A stretch of 64,000 bases of DNA from a virus (lineage: Duplodnaviria; Caudoviricetes): IMG/VR virus record IMGVR_UViG_3300008114_000194, positions 11,622 through 75,621 of that record; one strand, 5' to 3'. The position numbers were made by a program, and so were the translations under genes. The stretch's first letter is position 1. Each line of letters opens with the position of its first letter. The notes under the pieces are model-generated. The model searched no databases and was not told the DNA's origin. It worked only from the letters and a program-made list of their open reading frames with translations. Below are positions 1-8,288 of this stretch, piece by piece.

Positions 1-705
1 ACTATAACCTCGATCGCCCACATATACATCAATGAGTTTGGCATTGCCCTCCGAAGGAAATTCTGCTGTATCGTTGGCATCCATGAGCATGATTGGTGCC
101 AATACTTCGCCAAAATCTACACCTATCTGGGCTCGGCTGCGAGCACTGAGTTTATCATTGAGTTCTGGAGGTAAAGTACTGATAGTGCCAATGGCCACTT
201 GTAACAAAGACAACAATACCTGCTGTAGGTCTGGACGATCGGTAAACTTGGTTTGAACAGCATTTCTCACAGCCGCTATCAACTGGTCTCGGTTATATTT
301 TTTTCCGGCAATGCCTAATGCTGCCGGAGTCAATTCCTTGATGCTGACATTTATTTTGTTGGCGTCGTCGGTGGGAGATCTTCCACTGCTGGCCACCACT
401 ATGGTATAAATCGCACCATCTGCTTCGTAACTCAGCATACTTTTTTGATATTTGCCGGTTACTCCAAGTTGCTCTTGAGTTAAAGGTAAACTTTCCAAAC
501 CCACACGATTTTTAAAGAAATCTGTTATTTGGTTGATATCAGATCTAAGTATACGCAGGTAGTGAACAGGGCTAGTAGCCTTTTTCTCCACTTTGATATC
601 GGCTTGGGGAAAATGCCGCCGGAGCTCATTGGCCAAATGCTGGCTTTGCGCCCGGGTTGCATATGCTTTTTTTGGCATATTTTGGTCTAGTTCATTGATT
701 AACAT
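1..705 (-). CDS. Partial gene running off the left edge (235 codons); hypothetical protein with possible PD-(D/E)XK restriction-endonuclease-like motifs
   Basis: Manual translation from ATG at 705: MLINELDQNMPKK...QIGVDFGEVLAPIMLMDANDTAEFPSEGNAKLIDVYVGDRGYS, no stop to base 1. The FGE..FP..N..L.D....S pattern resembles restriction-like nucleases. Late promoter CTAAATA lies 25 nt upstream. Absent from the ORF track because it is truncated. Confidence 0.65.
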   Translation of the reverse strand, partial: MLINELDQNMPKKAYATRAQSQHLANELRRHFPQADIKVEKKATSPVHYLRILRSDINQITDFFKNRVGLESLPLTQEQLGVTGKYQKSMLSYEADGAIYTIVVASSGRSPTDDANKINVSIKELTPAALGIAGKKYNRDQLIAAVRNAVQTKFTDRPDLQQVLLSLLQVAIGTISTLPPELNDKLSARSRAQIGVDFGEVLAPIMLMDANDTAEFPSEGNAKLIDVYVGDRGYS

Positions 706-715
706 TTGGAAATAC

Positions 716-744
716 TTGACTGAGATAGATATTTAGCATATAAT
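716..744 (+). promoter_or_regulatory. sigma70-type promoter for the methyltransferase
   Basis: TTGACT (716-721), 17 bp spacer, TATAAT (739-744), 6 nt before ATG 751. Confidence 0.85.
730..736 (-). promoter_or_regulatory. T4-type late promoter (CTAAATA) for the minus-strand gene
   Basis: tatttag on the + strand reads CTAAATA on the - strand; the same motif precedes most structural genes here. Confidence 0.65.
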
Positions 745-750
745 AATACT

Positions 751-1683
751 ATGAATACCAATACAATTCTTGACCATTTTACACTCATTAACCAAGACTG
801 TACTGTAGCTGCTGACCAAATTGCCAATGGTTCGGTAGATCTGCTGTTGACAGATCCACCTTACAACATCAGTGATGGTGGCGCCAAACCCGAGTGGATT
901 GATCCCGAAACTGGCCAAAACAAAAACACCATACACAGCCAGCGTTTCAGTGAAAGTTTTGAGCAGGACTGGGACAGCGTGAGCCACGAAGAATTCCTAC
1001 AGCAAATGGAATCCTGGGCCGGTGTATGGCACAGCAAACTACGCAAGGGCGGAGCCTTTGCTGTGTTCATTTCTGATCAGTATATTTCATATCTTTGGAA
1101 GATCATGGAAGCACAGGGATTTGAACCCAAGCGAGTGTGGACTTGGAAAAAGCCCGCTGCAGTTCCTTTCAATCGTCGAGTGAATCCTGTTAGTGCCTGT
1201 GAGTATGTGCTGTTTGGTATCAAGCCCGGCGGCACCAGAACCTTCAATGCCGATGCCGAAGAACACAGTATCGTTGAGCGTTATGCCAGAGCCGACAAAG
1301 TCGCTAGCATAGTGTATAAACTGATCAAAGACCATCCCACCTATGCCTTGTCGCAGATCATGGCCATGGCCGAAGAGCAGGCACAGACCATGTTAGACAG
1401 CCGCAAACGCAAAGATGACATAGTGGAGTGTGTGATACCCAATACCTTGACTTACAGCGGTGGACTGGGGCGAGACAAGATACATCCTACACAAAAGCCC
1501 ACAGAAATATTGGAATACTTTGTGGCCTTGCTGAGTCGCCCCGGTGACACAGTGCTAGATACCTTTGCTGGATCGGGATCCACTGGTGTGGCCGCACACA
1601 ATCAAGGACGCAGGTCTATATTGATCGAGCGTGATACAAAGATGTTTGCCGCAATGGCGCAAAGAATCGCTAGTTTACGCTAG
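751..1683 (+). CDS. DNA N6-adenine/N4-cytosine methyltransferase (beta class)
   Basis: DLLLTDPPY (motif IV), HPTQKP, DTFAGSGST (motif I) in beta order. Confidence 0.95.
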   Translation: MNTNTILDHFTLINQDCTVAADQIANGSVDLLLTDPPYNISDGGAKPEWIDPETGQNKNTIHSQRFSESFEQDWDSVSHEEFLQQMESWAGVWHSKLRKGGAFAVFISDQYISYLWKIMEAQGFEPKRVWTWKKPAAVPFNRRVNPVSACEYVLFGIKPGGTRTFNADAEEHSIVERYARADKVASIVYKLIKDHPTYALSQIMAMAEEQAQTMLDSRKRKDDIVECVIPNTLTYSGGLGRDKIHPTQKPTEILEYFVALLSRPGDTVLDTFAGSGSTGVAAHNQGRRSILIERDTKMFAAMAQRIASLR

Positions 1684-1735
1684 GTTAGTAGGCACTAACC
1701 TGCGGTTGACCTATAATTCCCAGATATGCTAATAT
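1680..1735 (+). promoter_or_regulatory. Hairpin (AGGTTAGT-aggc-ACTAACCT) plus early promoter
   Basis: Inverted repeat 1682-1701; TTGACC 1706-1711; TAATAT 1730-1735 (18 bp spacer). Near-identical hairpin at 9612-9635. Confidence 0.7.
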
Positions 1736-2227
1736 ATGTGTATGGACAGTAAAAATCTACACTACTATTTTGCCTATGGCATGAACACCAATCCTGGTGC
1801 CATGAGCGAACGACTCAGCGCCGACGGTGTTGCTCGTAGTCTGGGCGCCGCGCATCTGCAGGAATGGCGTTTTCGTTTTGCTGTCCACGCCGATGTTGTG
1901 CCCACTCACAATCAGTCGGTGGCTGGTGTGCTGTGGCAGATCACCGATGAACATCTGGCCAGATTGGATGTTCGAGAAGGCTATCCACACTACTATACCC
2001 GACAGGTGTTGCCCGTGGTGTGTCACGGCGAAACATATCACGCCGTGGTGTATCATATGACGCCTGGCCAATTGGATTTTCCGCCCGACGAAGGCTACTG
2101 GACTATGCTGGAAGAAGGCTATGATCATTTTGGCGTGAGCAAGGCACAGATGTATCGTGCTCTAAATGACAGCCATCAATGCCTGTTGACCGAATATTCA
2201 GAATCCCGTATACTCAATACACTATGA
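1736..2227 (+). CDS. Gamma-glutamylcyclotransferase (GGCT/AIG2-like) family protein; start may be 1742
   Basis: YFAYGMN, VAGVLW.I, LDVREGYP..Y.R motifs. Confidence 0.85.
   Translation: MCMDSKNLHYYFAYGMNTNPGAMSERLSADGVARSLGAAHLQEWRFRFAVHADVVPTHNQSVAGVLWQITDEHLARLDVREGYPHYYTRQVLPVVCHGETYHAVVYHMTPGQLDFPPDEGYWTMLEEGYDHFGVSKAQMYRALNDSHQCLLTEYSESRILNTL
2186..2214 (+). promoter_or_regulatory. Early promoter
   Basis: TTGACC-N17-TATACT, 9 nt before ATG 2224. Confidence 0.75.
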
Positions 2228-2598
2228 AAATACCTTCAGTTGACAGTGTGGTTCGTGTGACGCTACGCGACCGTATGGCCGCGTCCATGATCCCACCCAG
2301 GGCCGGTGTTCAGGTATTTGAAGGCCGCGTGGTCAAATCACACAAGTGGCTGACCGACAGGGAATTCTGCATTACCGGTGACGCTGACTTTCCCATACGG
2401 GTTATCAATGCCTCGGCCATCGCTGATCTGGAAATCATCTCGGGGTCAGTGACCACAATTGACACAGATGTCAAGACCTGGACAGTTTCAGGTAGCAAGG
2501 GCAACGAATACACTGTGAGCCGTTGGCCTGGTGGCTGGTCTTGTACCTGCCCAGGTTTCCAGTTTAGAAAATCTTGTAAGCATACCACAAATTCTTAA
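2224..2598 (+). CDS. SWIM zinc-finger protein (start revised to 2224)
   Basis: C-terminal Y.V....W.CTCPGFQFRKSCKH SWIM motif; promoter position supports ATG 2224. Confidence 0.8.
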   Translation: MKIPSVDSVVRVTLRDRMAASMIPPRAGVQVFEGRVVKSHKWLTDREFCITGDADFPIRVINASAIADLEIISGSVTTIDTDVKTWTVSGSKGNEYTVSRWPGGWSCTCPGFQFRKSCKHTTNS

Positions 2599-2610
2599 CC
2601 CAAGGAGGCA

Positions 2611-2706
2611 ATGATGATTCATCGCAAAGAATGGTTACACTATTTGGTCTGGCGTGTTAAAAAATGGTGGCGCGAGCGCAGTGCTACTAGGTTTTCCCAA
2701 GGTTGA
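2611..2706 (+). CDS. Small basic Trp-rich protein (31 aa)
   Basis: AAGGAGG RBS; MMIHRKEWLHYLVWRVKKWWRERSATRFSQG. Confidence 0.55.
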   Translation: MMIHRKEWLHYLVWRVKKWWRERSATRFSQG

Positions 2707-2760
2707 CCAAAAAATCCCTTTTTGCTATAATATGTGTATTGTAAATGAAAAGGAGCAGAT
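2701..2760 (+). promoter_or_regulatory. Conserved early promoter-leader-RBS cassette
   Basis: GGTTGACC-N17-TATAAT with extended TG, followed by AAGGAG RBS. Confidence 0.85.
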
Positions 2761-3082
2761 ATGACAACTACTATTAGTCTTGAAGCCATAGAAGAAATAC
2801 ATTTTGAAGCCACTCTGGCCGCCGAGCAGGCCGCGGCCCGGTTCTTCCAGGAAAAACTAGGCGGCCGGGATCAGATGGCCTGTGGCTTTGCCTGGGTCAC
2901 GGTGTTTGAAAAGGCCAGCACCAAACTGGGCCGACGCCTCAAAGAAGTGGGCTTCCGCCGGGCCTACGATGGCGGGCTCCAACTTTGGAATCCATCAAAG
3001 TTTGGGTGCCAGAATGTGGACACCCTGGAGGCTGGTGCTGAAGCCTATGCCGAAGTGCTGAAACGGTATGGCATTGAAGCTT

Positions 3083-3217
3083 ATGCTGGATCTACAACAA
3101 CGATACAGTCTTTATCGCGGCCTCCGGAGTATGGGGGTCAAGGACACCATCGTGCGAGACTTGCTGGAATCGGAACTGGAACGCCGTCGGATCGGCGGCA
3201 CAAAGGAGATCATATGA
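3083..3217 (+). CDS. Small hypothetical protein (44 aa) embedded in the fusion ORF
   Basis: MLDLQQRYSLYRGLRSMGVKDTIVRDLLESELERRRIGGTKEII*, with an ATGA overlap to the next gene. Confidence 0.5.
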   Translation: MLDLQQRYSLYRGLRSMGVKDTIVRDLLESELERRRIGGTKEII

Positions 3218-3366
3218 GAACCATGAACGATGTGATTGAAGAACTGATCCATCTCTGCGAAGTGCGCGGAGAACTGGATCTGGAAGCCAACGCAAGGAAT
3301 GAACGGCGGATCGCTGAACTCAACCAAGAGTATCTGCAACTGCAGGCCTTAGAGGAACAGCAATGA
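3214..3366 (+). CDS. Small coiled-coil hypothetical protein (50 aa)
   Basis: AAGGAG RBS ~3203; MRTMNDVIEELIHL...LQALEEQQ. Confidence 0.65.
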   Translation: MRTMNDVIEELIHLCEVRGELDLEANARNERRIAELNQEYLQLQALEEQQ

Positions 3367-3431
3367 AATTGTTTATCGTTGCTTTGTCAGTGAGCCTGCT
3401 GTCGGGCTGTATGAGTTTCCACTTGTTTTAA
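3363..3431 (+). CDS. Micro-lipoprotein (22 aa)
   Basis: MKLFIVALSVSLLSGC-MSFHLF; lipobox LSGC; ATGA coupling to the upstream stop. Confidence 0.5.
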   Translation: MKLFIVALSVSLLSGCMSFHLF

Positions 3432-3449
3432 TAATCCAAAAGAACAGTT

Positions 3450-3713
3450 ATGAACAGACTTGAAATCTTGGAAGAAGTGTATGGCCGATGCGACTGGTCA
3501 GAATCGGCCCTGATGAATCTCCTGCGGGTGATGGAACTTACCCGGCAAGATGAGCAGATCCATCAGATGCGTAACATGGAAGAGCATCAGCGGTTCTTGG
3601 TGGAGCAGATTGTCAATCTCTTGATGATCCAGCACGAAGCCGCGGCCGGCAGACATAACTACTGGCAAGTGGCCGCTAACTTGATCCAAGCCGAATATGG
3701 AGTGAAGGAATGA
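3450..3713 (+). CDS. Hypothetical protein
   Basis: ORF in a tightly coupled + strand run. Confidence 0.7.
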   Translation: MNRLEILEEVYGRCDWSESALMNLLRVMELTRQDEQIHQMRNMEEHQRFLVEQIVNLLMIQHEAAAGRHNYWQVAANLIQAEYGVKE

Positions 3714-3943
3714 ACGAACGAATTCGAGAACTTAAAGATAAAATCTGGACAGAAGAATATTGGTCTAATCCCAACACAGATAAACTTTTGCCAGCACAAT
3801 TGAATAGGTTCGCCCAGTTGATCGTGGCTGAATGTTTAGAGGCTTGTAGCAGAGCAAATGACATTAGGCATTTTGTACCACCTACACAAGAACAAGTAGT
3901 ATTGAGTTGTATGCGTGAAATTGAAACAACATTTCGGAATTGA
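3710..3943 (+). CDS. Phage hypothetical protein (MNERIREL...FAQLIVAEC type)
   Basis: ATGA overlap and GGAG RBS; motif typical of small phage proteins. Confidence 0.75.
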   Translation: MNERIRELKDKIWTEEYWSNPNTDKLLPAQLNRFAQLIVAECLEACSRANDIRHFVPPTQEQVVLSCMREIETTFRN

Positions 3944-3946
3944 AGA

Positions 3947-4147
3947 ATGAGCGAACTCCAACCCAAGCCTGATGTCAAGATCACCATTACCATTACTGAT
4001 GCTGATCGCGAAGTGTTAGAACTTCTCCGTGAGCGCAGTGGTCGTTTGGATCAGACCGGCATCCTTGAGCACATCATGAACGAATATTATCAACGTCTTG
4101 AATTGTATCAAGAATATCTGCGATTAAGTTCCAAGGAGCAATCATAA
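3947..4147 (+). CDS. Hypothetical protein, possibly ribbon-helix-helix-like
   Basis: Beta segment (KITITIT) followed by two helices; coupled ORF. Confidence 0.6.
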   Translation: MSELQPKPDVKITITITDADREVLELLRERSGRLDQTGILEHIMNEYYQRLELYQEYLRLSSKEQS

Positions 4148-4608
4148 TGTATTGCGATATCACACTGACTAAAGACGAATTCAAAGTCATCCACAACACC
4201 CTTTGGGAATTGCAGTACCAGGGCCTCAATGGCGAAAAGGGCGCAGAGCGCATCCGTGAGGCGCTGAAATCTGCTTATCAGCAAGAGTCAGAGGCGTTCA
4301 ATCGCAAGTGGAAACAATATGATCATTGGAAAGATCACTACGGGCTGACCAGCACCTGGAGCCTCTACGAAGTAGAAAACATGACTTTGTGCCATCCCTT
4401 CAAGGATGCCGAGTATGTGGTCTATGACGAACATTGGGGCGACAGTGGTGAAGTGGTTAGCAAGATCGAAGGCCGAGATTGGAACGCTCTGTATCGGGCC
4501 GCAGACGCGGTGATCCGTGATTCCGGCGATGGTCATCACTGCTTTATAGAATCTTTTTCGCCCATTGAGCACCGCCCGGGCTATTTGCGTTTAAGCACAG
4601 GCAGTTAG
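4147..4608 (+). CDS. Hypothetical protein
   Basis: 153-aa ORF, AAGGAG RBS, TAATG overlap. Confidence 0.75.
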   Translation: MYCDITLTKDEFKVIHNTLWELQYQGLNGEKGAERIREALKSAYQQESEAFNRKWKQYDHWKDHYGLTSTWSLYEVENMTLCHPFKDAEYVVYDEHWGDSGEVVSKIEGRDWNALYRAADAVIRDSGDGHHCFIESFSPIEHRPGYLRLSTGS

Positions 4609-4654
4609 TACCCGGCCACGGGCTTAACATAAGTATGAATACAGGAGATAAGTT

Positions 4655-4876
4655 ATGGCGGGCAAGGGCTCTAAACCGCGTCCTAGTTCAGTGGATCAAA
4701 TCACATTTGATCAGAATTGGGACAGGATTTTTGGCAAGAAAACCACCACCCAGTGGGATCACTACAGCGATCTACCATCTGTGGGAGCCTACGATATCCC
4801 TGTGCTGGAAAACGAAGAAATGTGGAGCCAGCGCATCATTGATGAATGCCGCAGTGATGGCGACAAAGGCTGTTGA
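4655..4876 (+). CDS. Phage hypothetical protein (MAGKGSKPRP...NWDRIF type)
   Basis: AGGAG RBS; familiar phage N-terminal motif. Confidence 0.75.
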   Translation: MAGKGSKPRPSSVDQITFDQNWDRIFGKKTTTQWDHYSDLPSVGAYDIPVLENEEMWSQRIIDECRSDGDKGC

Positions 4877-5037
4877 TGACCTGGATATTTGTTATGTTTC
4901 TAAATGGTTGGACCATAGATGTGGACAGTTTTGTTATTCGGTCTATGTGTGAGGATAAGGTGCGACAATACAATGCCGCTGCTAGGCAATCGGATGGCCG
5001 ATTCCTAGTCTGGTGTGAAGCGAGGCCCCGTGCATAA
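4876..5037 (+). CDS. Small secreted/membrane protein with two Cys (53 aa)
   Basis: Manual translation MTWIFVMFLNGW...SMCEDKV...VWCEARPRA; fills the gap between 4876 and 5038 exactly; similar layout to 14447-14656. Confidence 0.65.
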   Translation: MTWIFVMFLNGWTIDVDSFVIRSMCEDKVRQYNAAARQSDGRFLVWCEARPRA

Positions 5038-5388
5038 ATGCAGATTTGGAATGATCTAACTCCAGTAGAAAAAACTCAGGTGCTATGGTCCTTGGTCATG
5101 GTACTTTGCGTGACCGTTTTAGTTCTGTATGCCATAGCAGCCAGTCGAGGCCATGACATTGATTATTTCAAAGAACGGTTGGGCCTGCAGGAACAGCGAC
5201 TCAATTACATGGACCAAAAGATAGACAAGATAGCACAAGGACAGCACGAACAAAAAGAACATCTCAACGAAGTGCGCAGGATGAACGAAGCACAACAAAG
5301 ACATATAGAAGAACAGCAGAAGTGGCTGGATTATTGGAAATCTTTGCCGCAACTGCCCAAACCCCCAGGTGGAGTTCCACGGAGATAA
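5038..5388 (+). CDS. Membrane-anchored coiled-coil protein
   Basis: One TM segment (VLWSLVMVLCVTVLVLYAIAA) then a Q/E/K-rich coil. Confidence 0.7.
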   Translation: MQIWNDLTPVEKTQVLWSLVMVLCVTVLVLYAIAASRGHDIDYFKERLGLQEQRLNYMDQKIDKIAQGQHEQKEHLNEVRRMNEAQQRHIEEQQKWLDYWKSLPQLPKPPGGVPRR

Positions 5389-5390
5389 CC

Positions 5391-5585
5391 TTGTATCAAT
5401 ATGTAGGCAAAACAGTAGACTTTGAAGATGGCAAAAGCATCAGGATCCATCAGATCAAACAACGAGAAGAATGCCCTTGGGTGATATTTGAGATCAACGA
5501 AGGCGGCAATATCCCACGCAGACTAATCACCACGCTGTATGAATTCCAACAGAAATTTGGGAAACTTTTTGAAACCAGAATCTGA
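5391..5585 (+). CDS. Hypothetical protein (TTG start)
   Basis: GGAG 5381-5384 before TTG 5391, in frame with track ORF 5322-5585. Confidence 0.6.
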   Translation: MYQYVGKTVDFEDGKSIRIHQIKQREECPWVIFEINEGGNIPRRLITTLYEFQQKFGKLFETRI

Positions 5586-6450
5586 ATTTAGAGTAGGCAT
5601 TGACCTAGGAGGTACCAAAATTGAGTGCGCGGTTATTGATCGTAATAATAATGTTTTATACCGGCAGCGTGGCCCTACACAAGCAAATCTGGGCCGGCAA
5701 CAAGTTCTCACCAACATCAGGCAACAGTATCTTACAGCCATAACCACCACCAGCATAGGCCAACATTCTGTGGGCCTCGGCACTCCGGGCAGCGTCAATG
5801 CTCAAACTGGACTGCTGAGGAATTCCAGTATTGAACACATGAATGGCCATGACATTGAACGTGATCTGGCCTGTTGGTTACATCAACCTGTCACAGTGGC
5901 CAATGATGCACAATGTTTTGCTTTGGCAGAAGCACGAATGGGCGCAGGCCGTGGCTATGATCGTGTGTTTGGTGTGATACTAGGTACCGGAGTAGGCGGT
6001 GCATTGGTGGAATATGGTCGGATCACTCGTGGTCGCAATGGTATATTGGGCGAGTGGGGGCATACCACGCTGAATGATCGGTACAACTGCCGTTGTGGTC
6101 GCCGGGGTTGTGTGGAAAGTAATCTAGGTGGCGGTGCCATACAGCATTCATATCCATCCAAGACCAATGAGATCCCACCACCTGCTGGTGTGATCCTGGC
6201 GCAAGACCCTGGTAGACTGTTACAGTGGTATCGGGACTATGGTCTGGCCATGGCCAATCTCATACAGGTCCTGGATCCCGATTGTATTGTATTGGGTGGA
6301 GGACTCAGTAACCTACCTGATATCTTGACCACCGGGGATACCATGATCCGTGAACACCTTTTTTCCGACGCCTTTGATACTGTGATCGTCCGGGCCGAAC
6401 TAGGTGACAGTGCCGGCAGTGTTGGTGCCGCATTACTGTGCAAGCAGTAA
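5539..6450 (+). CDS. mak: ROK-family sugar kinase, Mak (manno/fructokinase)-like; true start probably slightly downstream
   Basis: GIDLGGTKIE, ANDAQCFALAE, ILGTGVGG, GEWGH, CRCGRRGCVE zinc motif. Confidence 0.85.
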   Translation: MNSNRNLGNFLKPESEFRVGIDLGGTKIECAVIDRNNNVLYRQRGPTQANLGRQQVLTNIRQQYLTAITTTSIGQHSVGLGTPGSVNAQTGLLRNSSIEHMNGHDIERDLACWLHQPVTVANDAQCFALAEARMGAGRGYDRVFGVILGTGVGGALVEYGRITRGRNGILGEWGHTTLNDRYNCRCGRRGCVESNLGGGAIQHSYPSKTNEIPPPAGVILAQDPGRLLQWYRDYGLAMANLIQVLDPDCIVLGGGLSNLPDILTTGDTMIREHLFSDAFDTVIVRAELGDSAGSVGAALLCKQ

Positions 6451-6487
6451 AAGGTAAATTTCCTCCAAAATATCTTGCCATAAACTG

Positions 6488-6515
6488 TTGCAAACAACTC
6501 AAGAACTGTTATACT
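6488..6515 (+). promoter_or_regulatory. Early promoter with extended -10
   Basis: TTGCAA-N16-TATACT preceded by TGn. Confidence 0.5.
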
Positions 6516-6559
6516 TGTAACACGCTGTAAACAACGGCGAACTAACTTAAGAGGACTTT

Positions 6560-6847
6560 ATGAAATACTTCAACCCTGAAACAAAAACTTTTAAACTGTT
6601 TAACGCTCTTTACAATGGTCAGAAAGTGACCGCAAGCCAGGCCGAAAAGCGTTTTGGTATCAAGAACATTGGTGCCGAAGTTAGCCGCATTCGCCACAAT
6701 GGTTATGCTGTTTACGCTAACCAGCGTCGCGCAGGTAATGGTGTGAACGTGACCGAGTACGAAATGGGCAAACCCAGCCGCGAAATCGTGGCCCTCGGCT
6801 ACGCCGCAAAAGCTCGTGGACTAACTATTGAGTCTCTTAAGGGCTAA
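6560..6847 (+). CDS. Winged helix-turn-helix DNA-binding protein
   Basis: GAGGA RBS; VTASQAEKRFGIKNIGAEVSRIRHNGY helix-turn-helix followed by a beta wing. Confidence 0.7.
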   Translation: MKYFNPETKTFKLFNALYNGQKVTASQAEKRFGIKNIGAEVSRIRHNGYAVYANQRRAGNGVNVTEYEMGKPSREIVALGYAAKARGLTIESLKG

Positions 6848-6883
6848 ATTAGTTTACCTGATTTAATCTCAATGTGACAAGAC

Positions 6884-6911
6884 AAAAGAAAGGCCAATGG
6901 CCTTTCTTTTT
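6884..6911. terminator. Bidirectional intrinsic terminator
   Basis: AAAAGAAAGGCC-aat-GGCCTTTCTTTT between convergent genes. Confidence 0.85.
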
Positions 6912-6913
6912 AG

Positions 6914-7402
6914 TTAGCGTTTTAGATAGTTAATAGCTGTTTCAAAGAGTTTAATATCATCGTTGAACTTACCAAGGGTTGCATTACAACGAAAACATAA
7001 TAAGCCTCTTATTGCTCCCGTGGAGTGACAGTGATCTACAGCAAGACTCCTGTTGTTACCTGGGCGATCCTCGCAGATTGCGCAAACTCCATTTTGTTTT
7101 TGCAATAGATTATTGTATTCTTCTAGTCCTATTCCAAATTTGCTTTTTAACCAGTATTGTCTACTTTTACTGCTATCTGGTTTGTATTTTTTCTTTCTGA
7201 TATTATCACAGGTCCTGCAACTACCATGACGACCGTCGGCATTGTCTTTGCGCGGAGGAAAGTCTTCTAAGGATTTGACATTATTACATTTATTACAGAT
7301 TTTTTCTGTGTAAGTAATGGCCAACCGTTTAGCCGCATATGTTTTGGCATTCTTTTTCTTTGCAGCGTCGCTCATTGGAATGCCTTTGTTCCATGACGTC
7401 AT
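6914..7402 (-). mobile_element. Free-standing HNH (endonuclease VII-type) endonuclease, probable homing endonuclease
   Basis: N-terminal CxxC..CxxC; C-terminal CAIC..LAVDHCH..GAIRGLLCFRCN..LG; AT-rich; AGGAG RBS and ATAAATA late promoter (7424-7430). Confidence 0.9.
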
Positions 7403-7490
7403 TGTTATCTCCTATGTTGCGTTTATTTATCATTTTAGAGCAATGTTTTCACTATTTACACGGCACCTGTTTTGTTTTTACCAAATGTTA

Positions 7491-7519
7491 TTGATCCAAT
7501 AACCTTATCAGTGTAAACT
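7491..7519 (+). promoter_or_regulatory. Early promoter
   Basis: TTGATC-N17-TAAACT, 6 nt before ATG 7526. Confidence 0.5.
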
Positions 7520-7525
7520 ATTCCA

Positions 7526-7987
7526 ATGTTCAAAAAATTCATGCAACGATTGGGACGCCATCGAGTGATCCTGGATAGAGAGAATCAAGAGCCTTATCTT
7601 GAGCGATATTATCTATTGCTCAAGGATCGTGTGACTTTTCCGTTCAACATCTTTGTACACAAGTTCCTAAAAGGTGATCCCTGGGATCCACATGACCATC
7701 CTTGGCCTTATTTTACCCTGATCCTCAAAGGTGGCTACTGGGAATGGATACCCACACTAGATTCCTTGGGTCATGTGTACTGCGAACACCGGGTATGGCG
7801 CGGCCCTGGACATTTCCGTGTTTGCCCTGCTGGTTCTTATCATCGCATAGAGTTAGAACCTGAGGTGACACCTTGGACCTTGTTCATACCCGGACCACAT
7901 CAACGGCAATGGGGATTCCTCAAAGATGGCAAGACTTGGACACACAACGAACAATACATAGCAAGCAAAAGGAAAAATCATGCTTAA
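7526..7987 (+). CDS. Cupin-fold protein
   Basis: HDHPW..FTLILKGGYWE and YHRIEL..WTLF metal-binding cupin motifs. Confidence 0.75.
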   Translation: MFKKFMQRLGRHRVILDRENQEPYLERYYLLLKDRVTFPFNIFVHKFLKGDPWDPHDHPWPYFTLILKGGYWEWIPTLDSLGHVYCEHRVWRGPGHFRVCPAGSYHRIELEPEVTPWTLFIPGPHQRQWGFLKDGKTWTHNEQYIASKRKNHA

Positions 7988-8279
7988 TAGATTTAAACGC
8001 AGTCTACGCCGCTGGCTCGATGACAGCAAAGAACTGCATCAACTGGTGACGGCTGACTCGTCGGGTCACAACCGCAGCCTCAACAGCAGACACATGAGTT
8101 TCAATCTTTATCGTGCCCAAGGTGGTTGGATCGTGGAAACACGCAACTATTCCAACAACGGAACCAACAAAGGATTGGGCAGCAGTGAGCCCGAGTATCG
8201 TTTGAACATCATACAGGAATCCCAGGACCTGGGCCAAGAACTGAGCAAGATCGTGTTTATGGAAAATCTACGGAGTTAA
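7980..8279 (+). CDS. Hypothetical protein
   Basis: ORF overlapping the upstream stop. Confidence 0.75.
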   Translation: MLNRFKRSLRRWLDDSKELHQLVTADSSGHNRSLNSRHMSFNLYRAQGGWIVETRNYSNNGTNKGLGSSEPEYRLNIIQESQDLGQELSKIVFMENLRS

Positions 8280-8288
8280 ATATCAACT

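Larger units (their letters stand above)
2761..3366 (+). pseudogene. Apparent fusion ORF: conserved phage protein (CGFAWV family, to ~3092) + out-of-frame linker + in-frame downstream gene
   Basis: Natural-looking protein to ...IEAYAGS, then a low-quality linker that reads as a sensible protein in another frame, then an internal AAGGAG-ATG at 3214. Confidence 0.6.

Noticed and set aside
1706-1717. TATAAT at 1712-1717 as a -10 box
   Set aside because: It directly abuts TTGACC; the plausible -10 is TAATAT at 1730-1735
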